From: Prochlorococcus sp. AG-679-M23
GTDB lineage: Bacteria > Cyanobacteriota > Cyanobacteriia > PCC-6307 > Cyanobiaceae
DNA: 64,000 nucleotides
NCBI GenBank assembly: GCA_003208875.1
Contig: QCUR01000003.1
Coordinates: 32,001 to 96,000, forward strand
Reading direction: 5' to 3'
Position 1 is the stretch's first letter; the number at the start of each line of letters is the position of its first letter. The position numbers and the translations under genes were made by a program. The notes under the pieces are model-generated. The model saw only the letters and a list, made by a program, of their open reading frames with translations, was not told the origin of the DNA and did no database searches. Below, piece after piece: positions 34,048 through 44,027 of the stretch.

Positions 34048-34488
34048 ATGCTTATAAACTTGTATACAAAAAAATTTTTTAAAATTTTAACTCTTCCTAT
34101 ATTTTTATACTTAACTTTTTTTGACATAACAATATTCAATAAAGAACTAAAAGCCGACAAAAAATTAAAAGCGGCTACCGAGACAGATCTTTTCTTATAT
34201 AGGCAAATGGGTGCCTCTTATCTTTGTATTGCTACAAATGCTGAAGTTGATTTTGAGAAAGGTCTTGGAATAGCTAGTGCTACTTTCGCAAATGTAATTA
34301 TAGGAAAGCATGAGGGTCTTATTAAAGAGTTTGGCACTGAAAAACTTGACCAAAAGAGATTATATAATGCTGGAACTTTTCAGATTGTGTCAAGTGCTCT
34401 AAATATTTGTCCAGAAAACATTCCTAAAGAAGTAAAAAATAGTTATGAGGAAAGACTAAAAGAGCTTATTAAACAAAATAAAAAATAA
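34048..34488 (+). CDS. hypothetical exported protein
   Basis: 146-aa ORF with a hydrophobic N-terminus and two Cys. Confidence 0.7.
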   Translation: MLINLYTKKFFKILTLPIFLYLTFFDITIFNKELKADKKLKAATETDLFLYRQMGASYLCIATNAEVDFEKGLGIASATFANVIIGKHEGLIKEFGTEKLDQKRLYNAGTFQIVSSALNICPENIPKEVKNSYEERLKELIKQNKK

Positions 34489-34493
34489 ATTTA

Positions 34494-35489
34494 TTATCTA
34501 AACATAGAACTAACCGAACTTTCTTCATGAATTCTCCATATTGCCTCTCCTAACATATTTGCTACAGAAAGAACTTTTAACTGAGGAAAGTCGTCATTAT
34601 CAATAACTGGAATACTGTTAGTAACTATTACTTGTTCAAATAAATCTTTGGAACTTAACCTTTCATAAGAGGGTGGAGAGAAAACTGCATGAGAAGCACA
34701 TGCGAAAATTCTCTTTGCACCTTCTTTTTTTAATAAATTTGCTCCGGAACAAATAGTACCCCCAGTATCAATCATGTCATCTATAAGAATAGCCGTTTTC
34801 CCCTTAACTTCTCCAATAACAGTCAAACTCTCTGCGATATTATGAGCAGATCTTCTTTTGTCAATGATCGCTAATGGAGCATCATTCATTAATTTGGCAA
34901 ATGCTCTTGCTCTGGCCACTCCACCCACATCAGGAGATACAACAACAACTTCCTCCAACTTTAGAGATTCAAGATAATCAATTAAGACAGGAGATCCATA
35001 TATATGATCGCAAGGAATATCAAAATATCCTTGTATTTGAGCTGAATGTAAATCCATGGCAAGAACTCTATCCACACCTGACTTCTCAAGTAAATTTGCT
35101 GTAAGCTTTGCTGTAATTGACTCTCTTCCTGAAGTTTTTCTATCCGCCCTTGCATATCCAAAATATGGAATGACCGCTGTAATTTGTCTAGCTGAAGCTC
35201 TTTTACAAGCATCAACCATGATCATTAACTCCATTAAACTATCGTTGACAGGAGCACATGTAGGTTGAATAAGGAATACATCGCAACCTCTTATAGATTG
35301 TTGAATTTGAACATAAAGTTCACCATCAGCAAATCTTTTAGATACTAAGGGAACATTTTCAATCCCTAAATATGATGCAATTTCTTCAGCTAATTTAGGA
35401 TTAGAAGTTCCACTAACTAACCTAAGTCTACTATTAGTTAGATTAAAAGTTGGCTCTTCATTATCTACTGCCGTGATAAAACTTGTCAC
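34494..35489 (-). CDS. prs: ribose-phosphate pyrophosphokinase
   Basis: FADGE, PYFGYARADRK, VSPDVGG and DDMIDTGGT motifs. Confidence 0.97.
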   Translation of the reverse strand: MTSFITAVDNEEPTFNLTNSRLRLVSGTSNPKLAEEIASYLGIENVPLVSKRFADGELYVQIQQSIRGCDVFLIQPTCAPVNDSLMELMIMVDACKRASARQITAVIPYFGYARADRKTSGRESITAKLTANLLEKSGVDRVLAMDLHSAQIQGYFDIPCDHIYGSPVLIDYLESLKLEEVVVVSPDVGGVARARAFAKLMNDAPLAIIDKRRSAHNIAESLTVIGEVKGKTAILIDDMIDTGGTICSGANLLKKEGAKRIFACASHAVFSPPSYERLSSKDLFEQVIVTNSIPVIDNDDFPQLKVLSVANMLGEAIWRIHEESSVSSMFR

Positions 35490-35738
35490 GAAATTAGCTT
35501 TAAAAATCTACTAATATCGTAATACCTAATATTAATTTCGCAAAAATTAATTAACTTATTTATCTTTCATAGTTATAAGTACTAAGTTTGAATATTAAAT
35601 ATTCCAAAATATATAATTTTAAAAGTTATCGGCAAATATAAGAAACATCTAAATTTATTTGTTAAATGATATATATTTAATTATTCTTAATCTTAGATAA
35701 TAATTGATAAAAGAATTATAAAAAATCACCCTATATTA

Positions 35739-37259
35739 ATGAGTTTAAAATCAGTTCTTAAGAAAAAATCATTAGGTATACTTGTTCATCCTTCAAGTCT
35801 CCCCGGAGGTAGTTACTGCGGGACCTTTGGAGAAGGCGCTAAAGATTGGATTAAGAAACTTTGTAAGTATAAGATTAATCACTGGCAATTCCTACCTCTT
35901 ACTCCAACAGATTCAACTGGATCTCCGTACAGTTCGCCATCCAGTTTTGCGTTAAATCCTTGGTTTCTTGATATCAATAAATTAATTGAAGAAAACTTTA
36001 TCATTTCATTAAATAAGAAAGATTTACAATCAATTAATCAGAACGAAGATCATTTTGATTTTGATTTTGCAAATAATTTATCGAAAAAATTAGGAGAATA
36101 TCTTTTATTTGATTGGAAATCTCAATCTGAAATGAGAAAAACTGATTTTTATTTATGGAATAAAAAAAATACTTGGGTTGAAGATTATTCAATCTTTATG
36201 GTCTTAAGAGAGAAATTCAATATGTTGCCATGGTGGGAGTGGCCATTGGAGTTTAAACAAAAAGAAAATGAATTTATAAAAACATGGATAAAAGACAAAA
36301 AAAATGAAATCCTTAAAACAAAATTAATACAATGGCATCTTGATAAACAGTGGAAGGAAATCAAAGTCTTTGCCAAAACTAATGGAATTACACTCATAGG
36401 TGATTTACCTTTTTATGTTTCAAGAGACAGTGCGGATGTATGGAGTAATAAATCACTATTTTCAATATCTCAAAATGGAGATTTACTTTTTCAAAGTGGA
36501 GTTCCTCCTGATTATTTCTCATCTACGGGTCAACTATGGGGTACTCCCACCTACTATTGGGCTCAGCACAAAAGTACAGCATTTAAATGGTGGAGAAAAA
36601 GATTTAAGAGACAATTTGAACTTGTTGACATATTAAGACTTGATCATTTTAGAGCGTTGGCTGGATATTGGAGAGTTGATGGAAATGCCCAAAATGCTAT
36701 TAATGGGAAATGGATTAATTCCCCGGGGAAAGAGCTATTAAATATTTTAAAAAAAGATTTAAAATCTGATTATCTACCTATCATTGCTGAGGATTTAGGA
36801 GTAATAACTAAAGATGTAGAGATTTTAAGGGATAATTATGAATTACCTGGTATGAAGATTTTACAATTCGCATTCGATGGGAATGAAAATAACCCTTATC
36901 TACCTAAAAATATCGAAAAAGAGAACTGGGTTGTTTATACAGGAACCCATGATAACGCTACTTCAACATCGTGGTGGGACTATTTAGATGTCTCAATTAA
37001 AAACCATATTAAAGATAAATATAAATACTCAAATGATCCCTCTTGGAATTTAATGGAAATTGGCATGAGTACAAAAGCAAACCTTTTTATCTCTCCAATT
37101 CAAGATATCTTATCTTTGGATGACTCAAGTAGATTAAATACTCCTGGAACAATTACTAACAATTGGAGATGGAAATTAAATCAAACTCTTGATGAGATAG
37201 ATATGAATTTAAAAAAATATAGTGACCTTGGAAATAATTATGGGAGAGTAAGCAATTAG
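35739..37259 (+). CDS. malQ: 4-alpha-glucanotransferase (GH77)
   Basis: SPYSSPS, GVPPDYFS, RLDHFRA, AEDLG and GTHDN motifs. Confidence 0.96.
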   Translation: MSLKSVLKKKSLGILVHPSSLPGGSYCGTFGEGAKDWIKKLCKYKINHWQFLPLTPTDSTGSPYSSPSSFALNPWFLDINKLIEENFIISLNKKDLQSINQNEDHFDFDFANNLSKKLGEYLLFDWKSQSEMRKTDFYLWNKKNTWVEDYSIFMVLREKFNMLPWWEWPLEFKQKENEFIKTWIKDKKNEILKTKLIQWHLDKQWKEIKVFAKTNGITLIGDLPFYVSRDSADVWSNKSLFSISQNGDLLFQSGVPPDYFSSTGQLWGTPTYYWAQHKSTAFKWWRKRFKRQFELVDILRLDHFRALAGYWRVDGNAQNAINGKWINSPGKELLNILKKDLKSDYLPIIAEDLGVITKDVEILRDNYELPGMKILQFAFDGNENNPYLPKNIEKENWVVYTGTHDNATSTSWWDYLDVSIKNHIKDKYKYSNDPSWNLMEIGMSTKANLFISPIQDILSLDDSSRLNTPGTITNNWRWKLNQTLDEIDMNLKKYSDLGNNYGRVSN

Positions 37260-37274
37260 ATCATCAGATATATT

Positions 37275-37799
37275 TTATTTTCCTTTTTCCTCAATAATTT
37301 GAATCTCAATAATATTAATATTTGAAATAAAGTATCGATTGAGAAAAAATAGTATCAAAATTAAAAATAAAAAATAAAAAAAACTTCCCTGCCAGGAATT
37401 TAGAAAATCAAACTTTCTTAAAATGATTTTTTTTTTGTTTTTTTCGACAGTATTTGTTTCTCTAATTTCTAACCCCGCCAATGTATTATTTTCCAGGGAT
37501 AAACATTTTTCCAACTTTAATAATATTGACCTTAGAAAAGGATCTCTTGGTCTAAGGTCTTCAATATTGTTCTCAATTGATTTTATAGAAGATTCTGGAA
37601 TTTTAGAGATATTTGATAATTCTTTAACAGAAAGATTATTTTGAGTCCTTGCTTCTTTTACTAATTTACCAAGTTCAATATATTGATCATATTTTTTACT
37701 ATTATTTTGTTCCTCCAATGTTATTTTTTTATTTTTTAGAAAATTAATATTGAATAATCTCATTAGATTTTTTTTTATTTGACTATTTAAATTATGCAT
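37275..37799 (-). CDS. helix-turn-helix protein with C-terminal TM helix (RodZ-like architecture)
   Basis: LGKLVKEAR...LSVKELS...IKSIEN XRE-like HTH plus a hydrophobic C-terminus. Start may be ATG 37763. Confidence 0.7.
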   Translation of the reverse strand: MHNLNSQIKKNLMRLFNINFLKNKKITLEEQNNSKKYDQYIELGKLVKEARTQNNLSVKELSNISKIPESSIKSIENNIEDLRPRDPFLRSILLKLEKCLSLENNTLAGLEIRETNTVEKNKKKIILRKFDFLNSWQGSFFYFLFLILILFFLNRYFISNINIIEIQIIEEKGK

Positions 37800-37860
37800 C
37801 TAAAGGATTATTTAATTTTAACCAATTCATAAATCAAAAACTATAATGTACAAGCAAAAA

Positions 37861-39519
37861 CTAAGCTGGAGATATAATATTTTGAAAAGCACTTTTAGCC
37901 AATTTTAAAGGACTAAAAGTATCTCTAAGCAAAATTAAGAGTTTTTCTGCATCTTTTAGTTCCAATCTATCATCCTTAACAAGGCTTAATAAAAGGTTTT
38001 TTCTAACTTCAGATCCTTTGTCACTTACAATTAGTTTCAAACCTGCATTGGCTACAGGAATGAGATCTGCATTAATATTTTCTGTATCCTTAAATAATGT
38101 ATTTAATAAACTTTCAAGCTTATCTATCTGAATCCTTCCTTCATTATCAAATACAACTTCAAGAAGAATATTTACAATTTCATCTGAATTATCTGTTAAA
38201 AGTTTTTTTGCAATATATGGATATGCAATTTTTAAGATCTTAAATTCAGGATCAAGTCTCAAAGCTAAACCTTCTTGACTTACAACAGCTCTAATTATTA
38301 GTGCGAACCTACTTGGAACTCTAAACGGATAAGAATACATTAGTTTTGAGAATTTATCAGTTACATTTTTTAAATTAAAATTTCCAACCTCGGCACCAAA
38401 TGAACCCCCAAGGACCTCTTTTAGTGGTTCTACAAGTTGTTCAAGATCTTGTTCTTTGGTTAAGAAACCTAATTTCTGAAAATCTTTAGCCATAAGTAAA
38501 TATTCTTGATTAATTAAATGCACAATTGATTTAATAAGTGTGAGCCTATCTGAATTTGTAATAGTATCCATCATCCCAAAATCAACGTATGCTAAGTGTC
38601 CATTATCTAAAGTTCCTCCTTTAAGAGCAAACATGTTTCCAGGATGAGGATCAGCATGAAAATAACCATATTCGAATAATTGCTGCAGTCCACTTATTAC
38701 GCAAGTTCTAATATAGGAAGAAGGTATTAAATTATTTTGCTCTAAAATTTCTCTGTCCCTTAATTTAACTCCATCAATCCAAGATGTAGTAATAACCCTT
38801 TTTGAGGAAAAATCTTTTTCTAATTTTGGTATAAATACATTAGGATTAGATTTAAAAAGATCGGCAAACTTCAATGCATTTTCCCCTTCTTGCTCGTAAT
38901 CAATTTCATCAAAAAGGGCTTTACCAAATTCATCTATTATTTCTCCAATACCAACACCTATATTAAGTGGTAAAAATGATCCGAAAGTAGTCGCTAAGAT
39001 TTTTAGAATTACAATATCTCTTCTAATAAGAAAATATAAATTAGGTCTTTGTACTTTAACAGCACAAAAATTATTATTTTTTTTTCTTGCTTTATAAACT
39101 ATTCCTAGGCTTGCTGATGCAATAGGTTCATCTGGAAAATCATCAAATAATTCATTAGCAGGAAGTCCAAGTTCATCTTCAATTATTTTTAGAGCAATTT
39201 CATGTTTAAAAGGTGGAAGATTATCCTGTAGATTTGTAAGTTCTGTTAGCCAATCTTGCCTTACAAGATCTGGTCTAGTTGAAAGTGCTTGTCCTAATTT
39301 AATAAAACATGGACCCAAATCGGTGATAACGTCAAAAAGGTATTTTGAAAGATTTTTCTGTACACTCTTACTATTACTGTTACCTTGAAATAGTATTCTT
39401 ACTGAAAGAAAAATTAAAGTTAATAGTATATATAAAACTCTTGGTAATAATATCCATGGTCTTAGGATTAACCAAATCATATCTCCTTTAGGTGAATATT
39501 TTGAATAAGAAGTTGCCAT
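37861..39519 (-). CDS. AarF/ABC1/UbiB family atypical kinase
   Basis: FIKLGQALSTRPD, AVKVQRP, HADPHPGN and DFGMM motifs. Confidence 0.93.
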   Translation of the reverse strand: MATSYSKYSPKGDMIWLILRPWILLPRVLYILLTLIFLSVRILFQGNSNSKSVQKNLSKYLFDVITDLGPCFIKLGQALSTRPDLVRQDWLTELTNLQDNLPPFKHEIALKIIEDELGLPANELFDDFPDEPIASASLGIVYKARKKNNNFCAVKVQRPNLYFLIRRDIVILKILATTFGSFLPLNIGVGIGEIIDEFGKALFDEIDYEQEGENALKFADLFKSNPNVFIPKLEKDFSSKRVITTSWIDGVKLRDREILEQNNLIPSSYIRTCVISGLQQLFEYGYFHADPHPGNMFALKGGTLDNGHLAYVDFGMMDTITNSDRLTLIKSIVHLINQEYLLMAKDFQKLGFLTKEQDLEQLVEPLKEVLGGSFGAEVGNFNLKNVTDKFSKLMYSYPFRVPSRFALIIRAVVSQEGLALRLDPEFKILKIAYPYIAKKLLTDNSDEIVNILLEVVFDNEGRIQIDKLESLLNTLFKDTENINADLIPVANAGLKLIVSDKGSEVRKNLLLSLVKDDRLELKDAEKLLILLRDTFSPLKLAKSAFQNIISPA

Positions 39520-39583
39520 TTACATTTAAAATATTAAAGAAGAATTTGTTTTCAACATATTCTATATGTGCCAATAATACTTT

Positions 39584-40982
39584 ATGAGTATTTCTTCTTT
39601 TCTAACTAAAAAGTTTTTAAAATCACTTTTTTTTCCTGCCCACAATAGAGGGAAAGCTTTACCAAAAGGCTTGATTAGATTATTAAAAAAACAACCAGGT
39701 TTTTGGGATTTACCAGAACTTCCTGAAATAGGTTCTCCATTATCTAATAGTGGATTAATACATGATGCGCAAATATCAATTTCAAAAAAAATTAATACAA
39801 AAAAATGTTTTTTTGGAGTAAATGGAGCATCTGGTTTGATTCAATCAGGAATAATCGCTATGGCTAATCCTGGTGAATATATTCTTATGCCTAGGAATGT
39901 TCATATAAGTGTTATTAAAGCTTGTGCTTTGCAGAATATTATTCCAATATTCTTTGACATAGAATTTTCTAGTGTAACTGGACATTACATGCCCATCACT
40001 AAAAAATGGTTTACAAATGTATTCAATAATATAGATTTTGACAATTATAAAATTGCAGGAGTCATATTAGTTAGTCCTTACTATCAAGGATATGCGACGG
40101 ATCTTGAACCTTTAATTAAAATTTGTCATCTACATAATTTGCCTGTTTTAGTTGATGAAGCCCATGGTTCTTATTTTCTTTTTTGTGAAAACTTTAATTT
40201 ACCAAAATCAGCCTTAAGATCCAAAGCTGATTTAGTTGTCCATTCATTACATAAGTCACTTAATGGACTAACTCAAACAGCAATAATTTGGCATAATGGG
40301 AATCTAATAGAAGAAAACAAATTAATCAAAAGCATAAATTTACTGCAAACTACTAGTCCTAATTCTCTCTTGCTTTCTTCTTGTGAGGAGTCCATTAAAG
40401 ACTGGCTTAATAAGGATAATCTTAATAAATACAAAAAAAAGAATTTTAGAAGCAAAATCAATCTACAATGAGTTAATTAAAAAAGAGATACCTCTTATTG
40501 AAACTCAAGATCCTTTAAAAATAGTACTAAATACTTCAAAAGTTGGTATTGATGGCTTTACTGCAGATAGATTTTTCTATAAAAACGGATTAATTGCTGA
40601 ATTACCTGAAATGATGACGCTTACTTTTTGTCTTGGATTTTCAAATCAAAAGGATTTTACTTTTTTGTTTCAAAAATTATGGAAAAAGTTACTAGTTCAT
40701 ACTAATAAATCTTATGGTTTGAAAGCTATAAAACCTCCTTTTAGAATAGTTCAATCACCAGAAATACCAATAGGAGTTGCTTGGAAAAGTAAGACTATTA
40801 GCATTCCTCTAGTTGAATCCTTGGGGAAAATTTCTGGAGATATTATTTGTCCTTATCCTCCTGGAATACCTTTAATTATTCCTGGAGAGAGAATAGACAA
40901 GGAAAGAATAGATTGGATAGAAGCTCAAAGTTTGTATAACGAGGATCTGTTAAATTCTTATATAAGGGTCTTAAATAACTAA
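39584..40982 (+). pseudogene. Orn/Lys/Arg decarboxylase family gene split by a one-base frameshift
   Basis: ORF 39584-40471 carries VNGAS, RNVH, VDEAHG and HSLHKS (PLP lysine). ORF 40383-40982 carries the C-terminal PYPPGIP. Removing one A from the A8 run at 40433-40440 gives one 465-aa ORF. Confidence 0.85.
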
Positions 40983-40991
40983 AAATCAAAT

Positions 40992-41849
40992 ATGAGATTG
41001 CGAAGTGGCTTATTAATCGGATTATTTGGGTTAGTTGTTGTTTTATTAGGCGGATGGTATTTCACAATAGCAATTGCATTACTTACCTATATTGCACTTC
41101 TCGAATTTTTTAGAATGGCAGAATTCACAGGAATTAAACCAGCCACCAAAACTACGTTATTCTCATGCTTCATAATTACAATTGCTACATATCTAGAAGT
41201 TATTGGATTCCTTGATAGAGAGATATACAATTCAATATTACCAATATGTTCAGTAGGAATATGCACGTGGTTATTGTTGCAGCCAAAATCAGGCACTATT
41301 TCAGATATTGCAGCATCTATTTTCGGATTATTTTATTTAGGTTTTTTACCTAGTTATTGGATTAAATTAAGAGCGATACAATCGACTATAAATAATTCTT
41401 CCGATGGAATATTATCCTTTGAAAATATCTCAAATTCAACAGGTCTTTATTTAACATTAATTTCTTGTTTATTAATTGTGGCAAGTGATATAGGTTCTTA
41501 TTTTTTTGGAAAGTCTTTTGGTAAAAGGGCTCTTTCCCCATTATCTCCAAGTAAAACTATCGAAGGTTTGATCGGAGGAATAATATGCTCAATTTCAGTA
41601 GCAACCTTTTTTGCGTTTCTACTTAGTTGGCAGAATCCATTCTTAATTGGGATTTTATATGGAATATTAGTTTCTCTTATGGCATTAGTAGGAGATTTAA
41701 TTGAATCAATGATGAAAAGAGATGCGAAAATTAAAGATTCTGGAACTTTTTTGCCTGGTCATGGTGGAATACTTGATAGAATTGATAGTTATATATTTAC
41801 CCCTTCAGTTATTTATTATATAATCATAATTTTTAAAGTTTTTAATTAA
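40992..41849 (+). CDS. cdsA: phosphatidate cytidylyltransferase
   Basis: SPSKTIEG, GDLIES and KDSG..LPGHGGILDRIDS motifs. Confidence 0.96.
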   Translation: MRLRSGLLIGLFGLVVVLLGGWYFTIAIALLTYIALLEFFRMAEFTGIKPATKTTLFSCFIITIATYLEVIGFLDREIYNSILPICSVGICTWLLLQPKSGTISDIAASIFGLFYLGFLPSYWIKLRAIQSTINNSSDGILSFENISNSTGLYLTLISCLLIVASDIGSYFFGKSFGKRALSPLSPSKTIEGLIGGIICSISVATFFAFLLSWQNPFLIGILYGILVSLMALVGDLIESMMKRDAKIKDSGTFLPGHGGILDRIDSYIFTPSVIYYIIIIFKVFN

Positions 41850-42013
41850 TTCCTAAGTATTAATTTTACAGATTAATCTATATTTACTAATTAATTTTTT
41901 TATTTAGACATTACATTTAATGTTTTTTACAAAGGTAGAAATATCTTGCTTAAATATAAATTAAATATCAAGTTTAAATTACATTACTAATAAAATTATT
42001 AATAATACTTTTA

Positions 42014-42913
42014 TTAGGCACAAAAATAATCATAAATAATCTTGCTAGATAATGATGGTAAATCTACATGTGGAAGATGACCACAATTTTTCAACCCAAT
42101 AAAATTTAATTGATCTATTTGTTTTATTTTATTAATTTCTTTTTTACCAAGAATGCGATCATTCTCCCCACAAATAGTTTTAATTGAAATATTTTGCATG
42201 TATTTATATGTCCCAGCAAATCCACCACTTTTTGCAAAAGAAGCTAACGAATTTCTCCAGCCAGAGCACCCTAAATGAATTGAGGCAATTTGTTCTTCCA
42301 TTGAACCAACACTTCTATCTGGATATGCAAAAGCTTGCCTACAAAGACCCTTTCTTACTTGAGATAATCCTAAAAAAGACGCTCCAATCTGGTTTAATGG
42401 GAAAGGAATATTTTTGGATTCTCCAAACAAACCCGCTGGAGATAACAGAATTATCCTATCAATAAGCTCTGGGATTTCCTTCGCCAAGTTTATCGCTACG
42501 GATCCTCCCATCGAAGCCCCGACAACCATTAACTTATTTTTTAATGTAAGAGTATTTATAATATCTATAAGATTAGAAATTATTTTACGAGGATTATATT
42601 GATTGGAAGCATTCCTCGGAGTAAATCCAAACCCTAATAAATCAGGAATTATTAATTGGAATTTTTTTTTTAAAAAAGGATAAATTCTCCTAAATTCAAG
42701 AAAACTACTATCAAATCCATGCAAGAAAAGGATTGGTTGACCAGTTCCTCCCATAACGACTGGAAATTCAGAAGAATTCCATTTTTCGTTAAGCTTTATC
42801 CAATTAACGTCGTTAGATATATTCAACCCTAATGGATCCTGAATAGAGTTTTTGACTTTTTCAAAATAATCAATATTCAATTTATTAAGATCATTATAGA
42901 TATTCTTATTCAA
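42014..42913 (-). CDS. alpha/beta fold hydrolase
   Basis: LHGFDSS, DLLGFG, GASMGG and GHLPH motifs. Confidence 0.9.
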   Translation of the reverse strand: MNKNIYNDLNKLNIDYFEKVKNSIQDPLGLNISNDVNWIKLNEKWNSSEFPVVMGGTGQPILFLHGFDSSFLEFRRIYPFLKKKFQLIIPDLLGFGFTPRNASNQYNPRKIISNLIDIINTLTLKNKLMVVGASMGGSVAINLAKEIPELIDRIILLSPAGLFGESKNIPFPLNQIGASFLGLSQVRKGLCRQAFAYPDRSVGSMEEQIASIHLGCSGWRNSLASFAKSGGFAGTYKYMQNISIKTICGENDRILGKKEINKIKQIDQLNFIGLKNCGHLPHVDLPSLSSKIIYDYFCA

Positions 42914-42918
42914 AGTAT

Positions 42919-44013
42919 TTATGCTATTTTTATATTTTGTTTTTCAAATTTTGTAATAGTTTCTATTATATCTTGCTGATTGATTTCAAAAGGCAAAAAA
43001 TGAATTTCTGATTTATCCCTGCATGTAAATTCAGCAATTTTTTGTAAATTGTTATTTTCAAAAACATTTATTCCTAAGTCGGCGATAGTAGTTGGTAAAT
43101 CCAATTTTCTCATTAATTCTAGTAACTGTTTAGTAGATTGATTAGCTAATTTATTATTATTTTTAGTTTCTTCTAATCTCAGTTGCAATAATATTCCAAC
43201 TCCAACGATTTCACCATGTAAGGGCTTATGACTTGAAATTATCTGAGTAATAGCATTATGAAAAGCATGCGCTGCTGCAGTTCTACACTTTTCCCCACCA
43301 ATGCCTCCAATCAATCCAGCAGTAAGTGAACATCCCTCTACAACATTACACCAAGCAACATTTTGGATTGACTGACTCTTATAAGCACTTTCTCCATTAA
43401 TAAGTAATTGGTCTCTTAATACTCTTGATATTTGAATTGCTTGCTGAACAAGTCCATCTTCAATTTTTGAACTAGTCAAAGAAGATTCGTACCATTTAGC
43501 TAATGCATCAGCTATTCCACTAGCAAGTGTTCTCTTAGGAGCTGTTTTAATAAATCCGTGATCAAGTACCAATATTTCAGGACAAGACTTCAACTCAATA
43601 TCTTTGATAAATTGCCCATCTTTTGAATAAATATTTGATAATGCAGTCCAACCTGCACAAGTAGATGCACTTAAAGGGATAGTAATAGCTGGAATCGATA
43701 GAAAGTCTGCTAAAAATTTTCCTGCGTCTAAAACTTTGCCTCCGCCTATAGCAATAATTGAATCGCAATTATTTTTAATTATGATACTTTTTATTCTTTC
43801 AAGATCTTCATAACAACAATCAAACTGTAAGTTCGATGTATTTATATAAAAATGATGATCTTGCAAATCTTTATAAATTTGATGCCTTATGTTTTTTGTT
43901 GATAAACTTCTACCTAGAAGCAAGGGACGCTTAGAAATTTTTTTTATATGTGTAAGAGATTTTTTCCAAGCATTATTTCCCCTAAAAATTTTTTCTGGAG
44001 ATATTAATTGCAT
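42919..44013 (-). CDS. glycerol dehydrogenase-like / iron-containing alcohol dehydrogenase family
   Basis: GGGKVLD, GIADALAKWYE, AAHAFHN and HGEIVG motifs. Confidence 0.88.
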   Translation of the reverse strand: MQLISPEKIFRGNNAWKKSLTHIKKISKRPLLLGRSLSTKNIRHQIYKDLQDHHFYINTSNLQFDCCYEDLERIKSIIIKNNCDSIIAIGGGKVLDAGKFLADFLSIPAITIPLSASTCAGWTALSNIYSKDGQFIKDIELKSCPEILVLDHGFIKTAPKRTLASGIADALAKWYESSLTSSKIEDGLVQQAIQISRVLRDQLLINGESAYKSQSIQNVAWCNVVEGCSLTAGLIGGIGGEKCRTAAAHAFHNAITQIISSHKPLHGEIVGVGILLQLRLEETKNNNKLANQSTKQLLELMRKLDLPTTIADLGINVFENNNLQKIAEFTCRDKSEIHFLPFEINQQDIIETITKFEKQNIKIA

Positions 44014-44027
44014 ATCATAGAAACTAT

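Noticed and set aside
41850..42013. TTAC/TTACA-rich spacer between the convergent cdsA and hydrolase genes, as a possible RpaB HLR1 site or sRNA
   Set aside because: The repeats do not match HLR1 direct-repeat spacing, and I saw no stable hairpin or ORF.
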